Of a DNA stretch of 46,288 nt, positions 33,991 to 42,124 are shown one piece after another. Under the pieces are notes generated by a model, which saw nothing but the letters and a program-made list of their open reading frames with translations, was not told the origin of the DNA and made no database searches. Made by a program: the position numbers and the translations under genes. The first letter of the stretch is position 1, and each line of letters starts with the position of its first letter. Source of the stretch: Escherichia phage 2H10; the sequence record NC_049950.1; one strand, given 5' to 3'.

Positions 33991-34191
33991 ATGAAAGCGT
34001 ATTGGGACTCTTTAACCAAAGAACAGCAGGGCGAGTTGGCCGGAAAAGTTGGCTCAACACCTGGCTACTTACGGCTGGTTTTCAATGGTTATAAAAAAGC
34101 CAGTTTTGTGCTGGCGAAAAAACTTGAGCAATGCACGTCAGGTGCAATTACGAAATCTGACTTAAGACCGGATATCTATCCGAAAGATTAA
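33991..34191 (+). CDS. cro: Cro-like HTH protein
   Basis: GGAGG RBS 9 nt before the ATG. MKAYWDSLTKEQQGELAGKVGSTPGYLRLVFNGYKKASFVLAKKLE... (66 aa). Confidence 0.8.
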   Translation: MKAYWDSLTKEQQGELAGKVGSTPGYLRLVFNGYKKASFVLAKKLEQCTSGAITKSDLRPDIYPKD

Positions 34192-34222
34192 CAGAACACC
34201 TTCAATTTTTAACCACAGAACG

Positions 34223-34786
34223 ATGAGGCTAACCGTGGGTAAGTATCACTGGAAAGTAGAAAAACAGCCTGAGTGGTACGTGAAAGCTGTCAGAAAAACT
34301 ATCGCAGCGTTGCCGGGTGGTTACGCTGAAGCAGCTGACTGGCTGGATGTAACAGAGAACGCATTATTTAACCGCCTTCGTGCCGATGGCGATCAGATTT
34401 TCCCGCTGGGATGGGCAATGGTTTTACAGCGCGCGGCTGACACTCACTACATTGCGGATGCTGTCGCACAGTCTGCTGGTGGGGTGTTCGTATCGCTTCC
34501 TGAAATTGAGGAAGTAGAGAACGCCGATATAAACCAGCGCCTGCTGGAAGTCATCGAACAGATCGGGAATTACTCAAAGCAGATTCGTTCGGCAATCGAA
34601 GATGGGGTCGTGGAGCCACACGAGCAGACAGCAATTAATGATGAGTTGTATCTGTCAATTTCGAAGCTCCAAGAGCATGCAGCACTGGTCTACAAAATCT
34701 TTTGCGCTCCAGAAAAGAGTGACGCCCGCGAGTGTGCAGCTCCGGGCGTCGTGGCGTTTTGTGTCTGTGGAGAAACTAACGCATGA
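34223..34786 (+). CDS. CII-type regulatory protein (Phage_CP76 / e14 YmfL-like)
   Basis: 187 aa, ...NALFNRLRADGDQIFPLGWAMVLQRA...DINQRLLEVIEQIG... Resembles YmfL/CP76 from memory. An alternative GTG start at 34235 has a GAGG RBS. Confidence 0.65.
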   Translation: MRLTVGKYHWKVEKQPEWYVKAVRKTIAALPGGYAEAADWLDVTENALFNRLRADGDQIFPLGWAMVLQRAADTHYIADAVAQSAGGVFVSLPEIEEVENADINQRLLEVIEQIGNYSKQIRSAIEDGVVEPHEQTAINDELYLSISKLQEHAALVYKIFCAPEKSDARECAAPGVVAFCVCGETNA

Positions 34787-35619
34787 ACAGTTTAACGGCA
34801 AATAACCGTTTGTCGCAACAGCTGGTGGTCAGTGTCGCTGAACACCTGTTGTTACGGCATGAATGCAGATTACCAAATCACCTGGCTGTAAGTAACCACA
34901 GAGAACTTTACCTGACTGTGGGGGGCGAGTTGTGCGGGAACTTAACCGCTGGTTTCGTGACGGAAGAGGGCTTTATGTCCATGTTATTCGTTGGGAACCA
35001 GAAACACAGCGCGTTATCTATCTTCGCAAAGACTACCCGCATGAGTGCTTTAGTCCTTTGTGGAAATTCAGGCGTGATTTTGTTGAGTGTGAAGGACCAC
35101 CAGCACATTGATTCTGCCATTCCGGGACGTTACACTGTTCAGGCACCTTATAAAGCGGGTGACGGGATTGGCGTCCTGGAAATGTTATCGGCGATATATG
35201 ACGCGCCAGCGTCTTTTTTATCGTCTGTGTCTGTGCACACCCAAATTATGGTGGGCTGGACGGGGGCACCGAAAGGTGCGCCGGTTTCCGATAACGCCGG
35301 TTACGCCAACCCCGTTCAGTTCACCACCAGCGAAATTGGCGTTTCCGGTGGTGAAGGTAATTCACTGTTATCGGAGGCTGCCATCATGGCTACTGTCCCA
35401 GCCCTCACTCGTCTGAATGATGAAGACTTACATAAACTCAGTTATGTAACAACTGCACTACGTGCTCTGCGCAAGGTAACTCTTTCGGATCCGCAGGCGC
35501 ATCAGGTTTTGGTAGAAACCCTTCTTAACTTGCAGGCTGAACGTATTCGTCTGGCGGATAAGGCTAATTTTCATATTCACCGTCTCCTGAATATCAGCGG
35601 AGGGCATCGTCATGCTTAA
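34783..35619 (+). CDS. Unrecognised 278-aa early-right protein
   Basis: ATGA overlap with the cII-like gene. No motif I can name. Confidence 0.6.
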   Translation: MNSLTANNRLSQQLVVSVAEHLLLRHECRLPNHLAVSNHRELYLTVGGELCGNLTAGFVTEEGFMSMLFVGNQKHSALSIFAKTTRMSALVLCGNSGVILLSVKDHQHIDSAIPGRYTVQAPYKAGDGIGVLEMLSAIYDAPASFLSSVSVHTQIMVGWTGAPKGAPVSDNAGYANPVQFTTSEIGVSGGEGNSLLSEAAIMATVPALTRLNDEDLHKLSYVTTALRALRKVTLSDPQAHQVLVETLLNLQAERIRLADKANFHIHRLLNISGGHRHA

Positions 35620-35848
35620 TCCGTTGATCCTCAATATTTGCCGTTTGCTTCAGCGTAAAAAAACATCAATTCCTACAGTTGGGCAGTGGTACACCACGCC
35701 TGCAGGGCATGTTCTACGTGTTAGCCTGGTTGACCGTGAATGTCAGAAGGTGATTTGTGAACCGCTGGGCCGTAATTACCGCATCAGTATGCCGCTTATA
35801 GCCTTTTGCTCCGGAAAAAACATGAAGCATCTCGGAGGTGCAGCATGA
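35612..35848 (+). CDS. Small 78-aa protein (possibly DUF4222-like)
   Basis: Overlaps both neighbours (translational coupling). ...VGQWYTTPAGHVLRVSLVDRE... pattern. Confidence 0.5.
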   Translation: MLNPLILNICRLLQRKKTSIPTVGQWYTTPAGHVLRVSLVDRECQKVICEPLGRNYRISMPLIAFCSGKNMKHLGGAA

Positions 35849-36663
35849 GTATGGAGCTGATGGTTAAAGCGATGAAAATTCGAGTGGGTAATCCATTGCG
35901 AAAACTGGTTCTGATCAAGCTGGCTGATAATGCCAGCGATCAGGGTGAGTGCTGGCCCAGCTACCAGCATATTGCTGACCAGTGCGAGATTAGCAAACGT
36001 TCTGTGATGAATCATATTGCGGCCCTTTGTGATTCCGGGCTGGTAAAAAAAGTCACCCGGAAAGGTGAAAAAGGTAACTCAAGTAATATCTATCTCCTTC
36101 ATCTTGATGGTGCAGGAGATTCACTAGGGGGTAGTGCAAATAATTCACTATCTGGTGCAGCAAATTCACCAGGTAGTGCAGGAGTTGCACCAGGGGGTGG
36201 TGCAGGAGATTCACCCAGAACCAGTCACTCTTTTGAACCAGTCAAAGAACCAGTCAATGAACCAATAGCTGTTGGTGCATCTGCTGATGAGTCTGTGCGA
36301 GTTCGTTCAAACCGACCGGAATACTCTCCGGAGTTTGAGCAGGCATGGCTGGCATACCCCAAACGTGCTGGTGGCAATTCAAAATCTGCAGCCTTCAAAG
36401 CCTGGAAAGCCCGTTTGAATGAGGGGGTAAAACCCGAAACCATGCTGGAAGGTGTGAAACGCTACGCGGGCTGGGTATCTGCGATGGGTAACAGCGGCAC
36501 ACAATTTGTGAAACAGGCTGTCACGTTCTTTGGTCCGGATCGTCATTTCGAAGAATCCTGGGAAGTTCCTGCGGTATCTGCAGCCAGACGCGAGGACCCG
36601 TACTTCAAAGCCAGTTACGACAACGTGGACTACAGCCAGATCCCGGCAGGATTCAGGGGGTAA
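35845..36663 (+). CDS. Replication initiator (N-terminal winged-HTH, O-like, with internal ori iterons)
   Basis: GGAGG RBS and ATGA overlap with the upstream ORF. MSMELMVKAMKIRVGNPLRKLVLIKLADNASDQGECWPSYQHIADQCEISKRSV..., then a Gly/Ser/Ala linker encoded by the iterons, then a C-terminal FEQAWLAYPKRAGGNSK..AFKAWK motif. Confidence 0.7.
   Translation: MSMELMVKAMKIRVGNPLRKLVLIKLADNASDQGECWPSYQHIADQCEISKRSVMNHIAALCDSGLVKKVTRKGEKGNSSNIYLLHLDGAGDSLGGSANNSLSGAANSPGSAGVAPGGGAGDSPRTSHSFEPVKEPVNEPIAVGASADESVRVRSNRPEYSPEFEQAWLAYPKRAGGNSKSAAFKAWKARLNEGVKPETMLEGVKRYAGWVSAMGNSGTQFVKQAVTFFGPDRHFEESWEVPAVSAARREDPYFKASYDNVDYSQIPAGFRG
36109..36214 (+). repeat. Five ori-type iterons inside the initiator gene
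   Basis: GGTGCAGGAGATTCAC (36109), GTAGTGCAAATAATTCAC (36131), GGTGCAGCAAATTCAC (36154), GTAGTGCAGGAGTTGCAC (36173), GGTGCAGGAGATTCAC (36199), spaced ~21-24 bp. Followed by 3 copies of GAACCAGTCA (36218-36256). Confidence 0.7.
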
Positions 36664-36665
36664 TC

Positions 36666-37154
36666 ATGAGTCTTTTGAATGAAGTTCAGAAATTCATTGA
36701 AGCCCATCCGGGGTGTACTTCCGGAGACATTGCAGATGCTTTTGCAGGTTACTCACGGCAGCGCGTTCTGCAGTCAGCAAGCAAGTTACGTCAGAGTGGG
36801 CGTGTGGCTCACCGTTGTGAAGGAGATACACGCAGACATTTCCCGCGCCTGACTGAGAGAGCGCAGGAGCCGGAACCACAACCAGTTCGTGAAACCAGAC
36901 CTGTGCGCAATTTCTATGTCGGCACTAACGATCCCCGGGTAATTTTGTGCCTGACCCGCCAGGCTGAAGAACTGGAGTCCAGGGGCTTATACCGTCGTGC
37001 TGCAACTGTGTGGATGGCGGCATTCCGTGAAAGCCACTCCCAGTCAGAACGAAACAATTTTCTGGCGCGCCGTGAGCGGTGCTTACGGAAAAGCAGCAAG
37101 CGCGCTGTATCGGGTGATGAGTGGTATCTGTCAGGGAATTACGTGTGGGCTTAA
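36666..37154 (+). CDS. 162-aa protein with PerC/ANR-like C-terminal region
   Basis: The C-terminus AEELESRGLYRRAATVWMAAFRESHSQSERNNFLARRERCLRK resembles the PerC/Pch core from memory. The N-terminus looks like a winged helix. Confidence 0.5.
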   Translation: MSLLNEVQKFIEAHPGCTSGDIADAFAGYSRQRVLQSASKLRQSGRVAHRCEGDTRRHFPRLTERAQEPEPQPVRETRPVRNFYVGTNDPRVILCLTRQAEELESRGLYRRAATVWMAAFRESHSQSERNNFLARRERCLRKSSKRAVSGDEWYLSGNYVWA

Positions 37155-37480
37155 TGACGACGTTAACTCAATGCCAGCAGCAGGTGCTGGATATGCTGAT
37201 TTCTTATCAGAAAGAACGTGGTTTCCCGCCAACCAATCAGGAGGTGGCAGCCATGCTGGGATACCGTTCGGTGAATGCAGCGGTGGAGCATCTTCGCGCA
37301 CTGGAGAAAAAAGGCGTCATCACGATAAAGCGTGGCGTGGCCCGGGGTATCACGCTTCATACCACAGTGAAGGACGACGACAGCGAGGCAGCCGGGATTA
37401 TCCGCGCACTGCTTGCCGGTGAGGAAAACGCCAGACTGCGTGCAGCCCACTGGTTACATGAGAGGGGCCTGAAAGTATGA
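37154..37480 (+). CDS. LexA N-terminal DNA-binding-domain-only protein (no S24 peptidase domain)
   Basis: TAATG overlap with the upstream gene. MTTLTQCQQQVLDMLISYQKERGFPPTNQEVAAMLGYRSVNAAVEHLRALEKKGVITIKRGVARGITL aligns residue-for-residue with LexA 1-69 (from memory). Confidence 0.75.
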   Translation: MTTLTQCQQQVLDMLISYQKERGFPPTNQEVAAMLGYRSVNAAVEHLRALEKKGVITIKRGVARGITLHTTVKDDDSEAAGIIRALLAGEENARLRAAHWLHERGLKV

Positions 37481-37866
37481 AGCTGATCCTGCCTTTCCCG
37501 CCCAGCGTGAACACGTACTGGCGACACCCCAACAAAGGGGCGTTTGCTGGTAAGAGCCTGATAAGCGCGGCGGGGCGCAAATTCCAGAGCGCGGCGTGTG
37601 CAGCAATATTTGAGCAGTTACGTCGTCTGCCAAAACCAACGTCGGCACCTGCTTCAGTGGAGATCGTGTTGTTTCCTCCGGATAACCGGATCCGCGATCT
37701 GGACAACTATAACAAGGCGCTGTTTGACGCCCTGACCCACGCGGGTGTGTGGGAAGACGACAGTCAGGTGAAAAGAATGCTGGTGGAGTGGGGACCGGTT
37801 ATCCCGGAAGGGAAGGTCGAGATCACTATCAGTAAGTACGAGAAAACGGCGGGTGCAGCCGCCTGA
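37477..37866 (+). CDS. rusA: Holliday junction resolvase RusA
   Basis: MKLILPFPPSVNTYWRH...RDLDNYNKALFDALTHAGVWEDDSQV, the RusA signature. Confidence 0.9.
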   Translation: MKLILPFPPSVNTYWRHPNKGAFAGKSLISAAGRKFQSAACAAIFEQLRRLPKPTSAPASVEIVLFPPDNRIRDLDNYNKALFDALTHAGVWEDDSQVKRMLVEWGPVIPEGKVEITISKYEKTAGAAA

Positions 37867-37885
37867 TTAAGAGGAGAAACGAAGT

Positions 37886-38683
37886 ATGAATAATCTGATG
37901 GTTATTGATGGTATTGAAGTTCGTCGTGATGCTTATGGGCGTTACAGCCTGAACGATCTGCACAGGGCTGCTGGTTCTCTGGATAAGCATAAGCCCGCAT
38001 TCTGGCTCCGCAATGAGCAAACTGAGCGTTTAATAAGCGAGTTGCAGATTTGCAACTCGGTCAATATAGAGCCAGTTAACGTTATTCGTGGCGGAAATAA
38101 CCAGGGGACGTATGTCTGCAAAGAACTGGTGTATGCCTATGCAATGTGGATCAGCCCGTCATTCCATCTGAAGGTGATCCGTACTTTCGACATGGTAACC
38201 AGCGCACCGGAAAAATTATCCGGACAGGCTGCTGACAAGATGCAGGCTGGTGTGATTCTGCTGGACTTTATGCGCCGGGAATTAAACCTGTCTAACTCTT
38301 CAGTGCTTGGTGCCTGCCAGAAACTCCAGGAGGCTGTTGGCTTACCGAATCTGGCACCGCGCTATGCCATTGATGCTCCTGCTGATGCACACGATGGCTC
38401 AAGTCGCCCCACGCTGTCTCTGAGTGCACTGCTGAGGCAGTATGGTATCCGCCTGACGGCTAATCAGGCATATCACCAGATGGTGAAGCTGGGGATCGTT
38501 GAACAACGCGAACGATACAGCCGTACCGCGATTAACAACATCAAAAAATTCTGGTCGCTGACGGCGAAAGGCTGCATGTTCGGCAAGAACATCACCAGTC
38601 CTGCAAATCCGCGCGAGACGCAGCCGCATTTCTTCGAATCCCGATTCCCTGAGCTGTTAAAGCTGCTCGATACCGTTCATTGA
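37886..38683 (+). CDS. KilA-N domain protein (antirepressor-like)
   Basis: N-terminus ...YSLNDLHRAAG...KPAFWLRNEQT...GTYVCKELVYAYAMWISPSFHLKVIRTFD. Confidence 0.75.
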   Translation: MNNLMVIDGIEVRRDAYGRYSLNDLHRAAGSLDKHKPAFWLRNEQTERLISELQICNSVNIEPVNVIRGGNNQGTYVCKELVYAYAMWISPSFHLKVIRTFDMVTSAPEKLSGQAADKMQAGVILLDFMRRELNLSNSSVLGACQKLQEAVGLPNLAPRYAIDAPADAHDGSSRPTLSLSALLRQYGIRLTANQAYHQMVKLGIVEQRERYSRTAINNIKKFWSLTAKGCMFGKNITSPANPRETQPHFFESRFPELLKLLDTVH

Positions 38684-38684
38684 G

Positions 38685-39680
38685 GTGACCGTGAGAGCAC
38701 TACTGACCCCTGAAATTGCCCCGCGTATGGGGATTGTATTGTTCAGGCCAGGTTCAGAGCTGATGCCCCTGTTTATGCAGGGGCGTGTCCTGCTGGAGCC
38801 TGAGCCGGAACGTTATTCATCTTTCGCCAGTGGTGCCGTTCCGGCGGCATCACAACCGCTGGCGGATGATCCTGCCGTTCGGGCCGTGTTCCGCAATGAG
38901 GCAGTGATCCGTCGTGCTGGTGGCGTGGAATGTCTTGAAAGCTGGTTACTTCGTGAAAAGGGCTGTCAGTGGCCTCATTCCGACTGGCACAGCGAGAACA
39001 TGACCACAATGCGGCACGCTCCGGGAGCAATTCGTCTGTGCTGGCACTGCGATAACCAGCTGCGTGACCAGTTCACGGAACGGCTGGAATCAATGGCAAC
39101 GGATAACTGTGCCCGCTGGGTGTTGTCTGTCGTGCGTCGGGATCTCGGTTTTGATGACAGTCACGTTGTGACAATGCCGGAACTGTGCTGGTGGCTGGTT
39201 CGTAATGATTTGGCGGATGCCTTACCGGAAAGTGCAGCCCGTAAGGCACTGAGATTACCGAAGCCTGTTGTGCCATCTGTCACCCGGGAAAGTGACCTTG
39301 TGCCTTCGGTTCCTGCCACCAGCATCATCCAGGATAAAGCGAAAAAGGTGCTGGCGCTGAAAGTGGATCCGGAGTCGCCGGAGTCTTTTATGTTACGCCC
39401 CAAACGTCGCCGCTGGGTTAATGAAAAGTACACGCGCTGGGTTAAGACGCAGCCGTGCGCATGTTGTGGAAAGCCAGCTGATGATCCCCACCACCTGATA
39501 GGCCACGGTCAGGGTGGAATGGGTACAAAAGCGCATGATCTCTTTGTGTTGCCTTTGTGCAGAAAGCATCACGACGAGCTGCATGCGGATACCGTGACAT
39601 TTGAAGAGAAGTATGGCTCCCAACTGGAGCTGATATTTCGTTTTATCGATCGTGCGCTGGCAATTGGCGTACTGGCGTAA
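38685..39680 (+). CDS. DUF968 (YdfU-like) protein with C-terminal HNH-like Cys/His motif
   Basis: C-terminus ...WVKTQPCACCGKPADDPHHLIGHGQGGMGTKAHDLFVLPLCRKHHDELH. The start is uncertain (GTG 38685 or 38691). Confidence 0.7.
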   Translation: MTVRALLTPEIAPRMGIVLFRPGSELMPLFMQGRVLLEPEPERYSSFASGAVPAASQPLADDPAVRAVFRNEAVIRRAGGVECLESWLLREKGCQWPHSDWHSENMTTMRHAPGAIRLCWHCDNQLRDQFTERLESMATDNCARWVLSVVRRDLGFDDSHVVTMPELCWWLVRNDLADALPESAARKALRLPKPVVPSVTRESDLVPSVPATSIIQDKAKKVLALKVDPESPESFMLRPKRRRWVNEKYTRWVKTQPCACCGKPADDPHHLIGHGQGGMGTKAHDLFVLPLCRKHHDELHADTVTFEEKYGSQLELIFRFIDRALAIGVLA

Positions 39681-39693
39681 GTGGAGAACGAGC

Positions 39694-40446
39694 ATGAACC
39701 TTGAAGCCTTACCAAAATATTACTCCCCAAAATCTCCAAAATTGAGTGATGCCGCACCGGCGACAGGCTCAGGTGGTTTAACGATTACGGATGTGATGGC
39801 TGCGCAGGGGATGGTGCAGTCGAAAGCACCGCTTGGGTTTGCCTTATTCCTGGCAAAAGCTGGCGTTCAGGATCCTCAGTTTGCGATTGAAGGTCTGCTC
39901 AATTACGCGATGGCACTGGATAACCCGACATTGAACAAATTGAGTGAAGAAATCCGGTTACAGATCATCCCTTACCTTGTGAGTTTTGCCTTTGCTGATT
40001 ATTCCAGGTCTGCGGCAAGTAAGGCTCGCTGTGAGCCTTGTGCTGGTACTGGATTTCATAATGTATTGCGCGAAGTGGTGAAATACTCCAGAAGCGGGGA
40101 GTCTGTTATCAAGGAAGAGTGGGTGAAGGAACTATGTCAGCATTGTCATGGTAAGGGAGAAGTCAGCACAGCGTGCAGAGGGTGTAAGGGTAAAGGTATT
40201 GTCCTGGATGAAAAAAGGACCCGGCTTCATGGCGCGCCTGTTTATAAGATTTGTGGGCGTTGCAATGGAAACCGGTTTAGTCGTTTACCAACGACACTGG
40301 CGCGGTGTCATGTCCAGAAGCTGGTACCAGACCTGACTGATTATCAGTGGTACAAAGGATATGCAGATGTCATTGATAAACTGGTTACAAAGTGCTGGCA
40401 GGAAGAAGCATATGCTGAGGTGCAATTAAGAAAAGTGACGAGATAA
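39694..40446 (+). CDS. Q: Late-gene antiterminator Q (Qin QuuQ type, zinc-finger CxxC pairs)
   Basis: MNLEALPKYYSPKSPKLSD..., 250 aa, recognised as QuuQ-like. pR' follows immediately. Confidence 0.85.
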   Translation: MNLEALPKYYSPKSPKLSDAAPATGSGGLTITDVMAAQGMVQSKAPLGFALFLAKAGVQDPQFAIEGLLNYAMALDNPTLNKLSEEIRLQIIPYLVSFAFADYSRSAASKARCEPCAGTGFHNVLREVVKYSRSGESVIKEEWVKELCQHCHGKGEVSTACRGCKGKGIVLDEKRTRLHGAPVYKICGRCNGNRFSRLPTTLARCHVQKLVPDLTDYQWYKGYADVIDKLVTKCWQEEAYAEVQLRKVTR

Positions 40447-40477
40447 ATGATTTTCGCCGAAGATGGCGACGTAATGC

Positions 40478-40506
40478 TTGCATTTTTCAAAAAATATGGA
40501 TAAAAT
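40478..40506 (+). promoter_or_regulatory. Late promoter pR'
   Basis: TTGCAT, 17 nt, TAAAAT, 32 nt after the Q stop. Confidence 0.75.
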
Positions 40507-40512
40507 TTTTTC

Positions 40513-40577
40513 AACGATGGGCTTTATATACCCGACGTTAAGAAAAAGTAGAAAACCCGCTGATGAGCGGGTTTTTG
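40513..40577 (+). ncRNA. Short pR'-tR' transcript (lambda 6S-RNA analogue), ~65 nt
   Basis: Predicted start ~7 nt after the -10. It ends at the terminator at 40552-40577. Confidence 0.45.
40552..40577 (+). terminator. tR' rho-independent terminator
   Basis: AAACCCGCtgatgaGCGGGTTT followed by TTGT. Confidence 0.8.
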
Positions 40578-40861
40578 TGCTTTAAATAGGGTAATAGAGA
40601 TGTTGAATCTCATTCCGGGATTCATGTTTGTTTACTTATTATTTATCGGGTGACTTTGCCTGATGTTTAAAATGTTTTCTTCCAGTACTATGTCCCTAGA
40701 TACAATGAGTCTGCATATTACATTATTAGCAGAGCTATTACGGTCAAAGTACAGCATAAGCTTTTAAAGCCAATCAACCAGTCATCAAGACAGACGGGGT
40801 TATTCATGAAAACTCTCCATGTTTGATTCGATGGGGCCTGAAATTAAAGCTTTAATATAGC

Positions 40862-41074
40862 TCATGAAAGGTAAACATTGGCAGCTGAAGGGCCACGCAG
40901 ACCATTTATCCGGCAAAATTCCACGCGTAATCCGGTGGTAATTTCTTCTGCATCGCGGAGATTGAGCGCTGAAACATGAAGCTGGACATCGATACGACCA
41001 TCGGATGGGGTGATAAGACCCTTGCCGCTTTTGCCGTCAAAGGTTTTGACAATTCCTGTCATTTTACGGGACAA
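40862..41074 (-). CDS. cspF: CspF/CspH-type cold-shock-domain protein
   Basis: 70 aa, [27 protein letters not shown]...[19 protein letters not shown]. Confidence 0.9.
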
Positions 41075-41374
41075 AAAAATTCCTTAATACTGATAACTGG
41101 GCGCACTATACACACGTTCCTGAAGAAAGCTATAGTTTTTTGATGGGGTTGAAGATGGCTGGATGTCTAAAATAAACATTGCTTCATATGTTCAACTATG
41201 CGTTAATGATTGCGTCGGTTTGAAGAACAGACGATATACGAAGTAGTTTACTAAAGCAGTTCTCATTTCAGGTGTTATTCACTTATTCCTTCTTTGAGTC
41301 TCTCCAATTAAGTACGAAGTCGTTTCTGTTATACAAGCCATTTATGCCGAAAGGCTCAAGTTAAGGAATGTAGA

Positions 41375-41590
41375 ATGTCAAATAAAATGACTGGTTTAGT
41401 AAAATGGTTTAACGCTGATAAAGGTTTTGGCTTTATTTCTCCTGTTGATGGTAGTAAAGATGTGTTTGTGCATTTTTCTGCGATTCAGAATGATAATTTT
41501 CGAACCTTATTTGAAGGTCAAAAGGTTACCTTCTCTGTAGAGAGTGGTGCTAAAGGTCCTGCAGCAGCAAATGTCATAATTACTGATTAA
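41375..41590 (+). CDS. cspB: Cold shock protein CspB
   Basis: 71 aa, [53 protein letters not shown]... Confidence 0.95.
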   Translation: MSNKMTGLVKWFNADKGFGFISPVDGSKDVFVHFSAIQNDNFRTLFEGQKVTFSVESGAKGPAAANVIITD

Positions 41591-41871
41591 AATTCATAGT
41601 TTGTCTGTATACGATAACGAAGAAGGCTGATGCCTGAGTGGAGATACAGACAGAGTGGTGAATATTGGATCTCTTTAATAAATAGTAAGGAGGTCCAATA
41701 CATGAAACAATGGCCAGCATATTTGGCAATAACTTAATCAGGAAAAGTATGCTAACCATTGTGGTGAAGTGCAGGTTTGCTGCATGAATAGTTTTACAGC
41801 AGAAGCTAACTGCTGGCATAGCAAAACAAAGTGCGTAAGTGGATGACTCCCACAAAAAGCACCACAATATT

Positions 41872-41895
41872 AAACCCGCTCAGGCGGGTTTTTTA
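41872..41895 (+). terminator. Rho-independent terminator ~280 nt after cspB
   Basis: AACCCGCtcagGCGGGTT followed by TTTTAT. Confidence 0.8.
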
Positions 41896-41953
41896 TTATC
41901 TGCTTTAAATATGTTATTAAAATATAAAAAATACTTGTTGCGAATAAAATCAA

Positions 41954-42124
41954 TCACGCTACAGCTTTAAGATTTGTCTGGAATACTTTGTTGCAATGAG
42001 GGCAGATCAAAAGGGCACCTTTTTGTACTCTTGAAAAACTGTGTTCTGACTCTTGGGTGCAGTTTGGGCAGGAACATTTAACGAGATAATTACGGCGTGA
42101 TTTTGAGTCTTTACGTTCTGACAT
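41954..42124 (-). CDS. 56-aa zinc-ribbon protein (CxxC...CxxC)
   Basis: MSERKDSKSRRNYLVKCSCPNCTQESEHSFSRVQKGALLICPHCNKVFQTNLKAVA. AGGA lies 8 nt upstream. The ORF extends to 42175. Confidence 0.55.
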   Translation of the reverse strand: MSERKDSKSRRNYLVKCSCPNCTQESEHSFSRVQKGALLICPHCNKVFQTNLKAVA

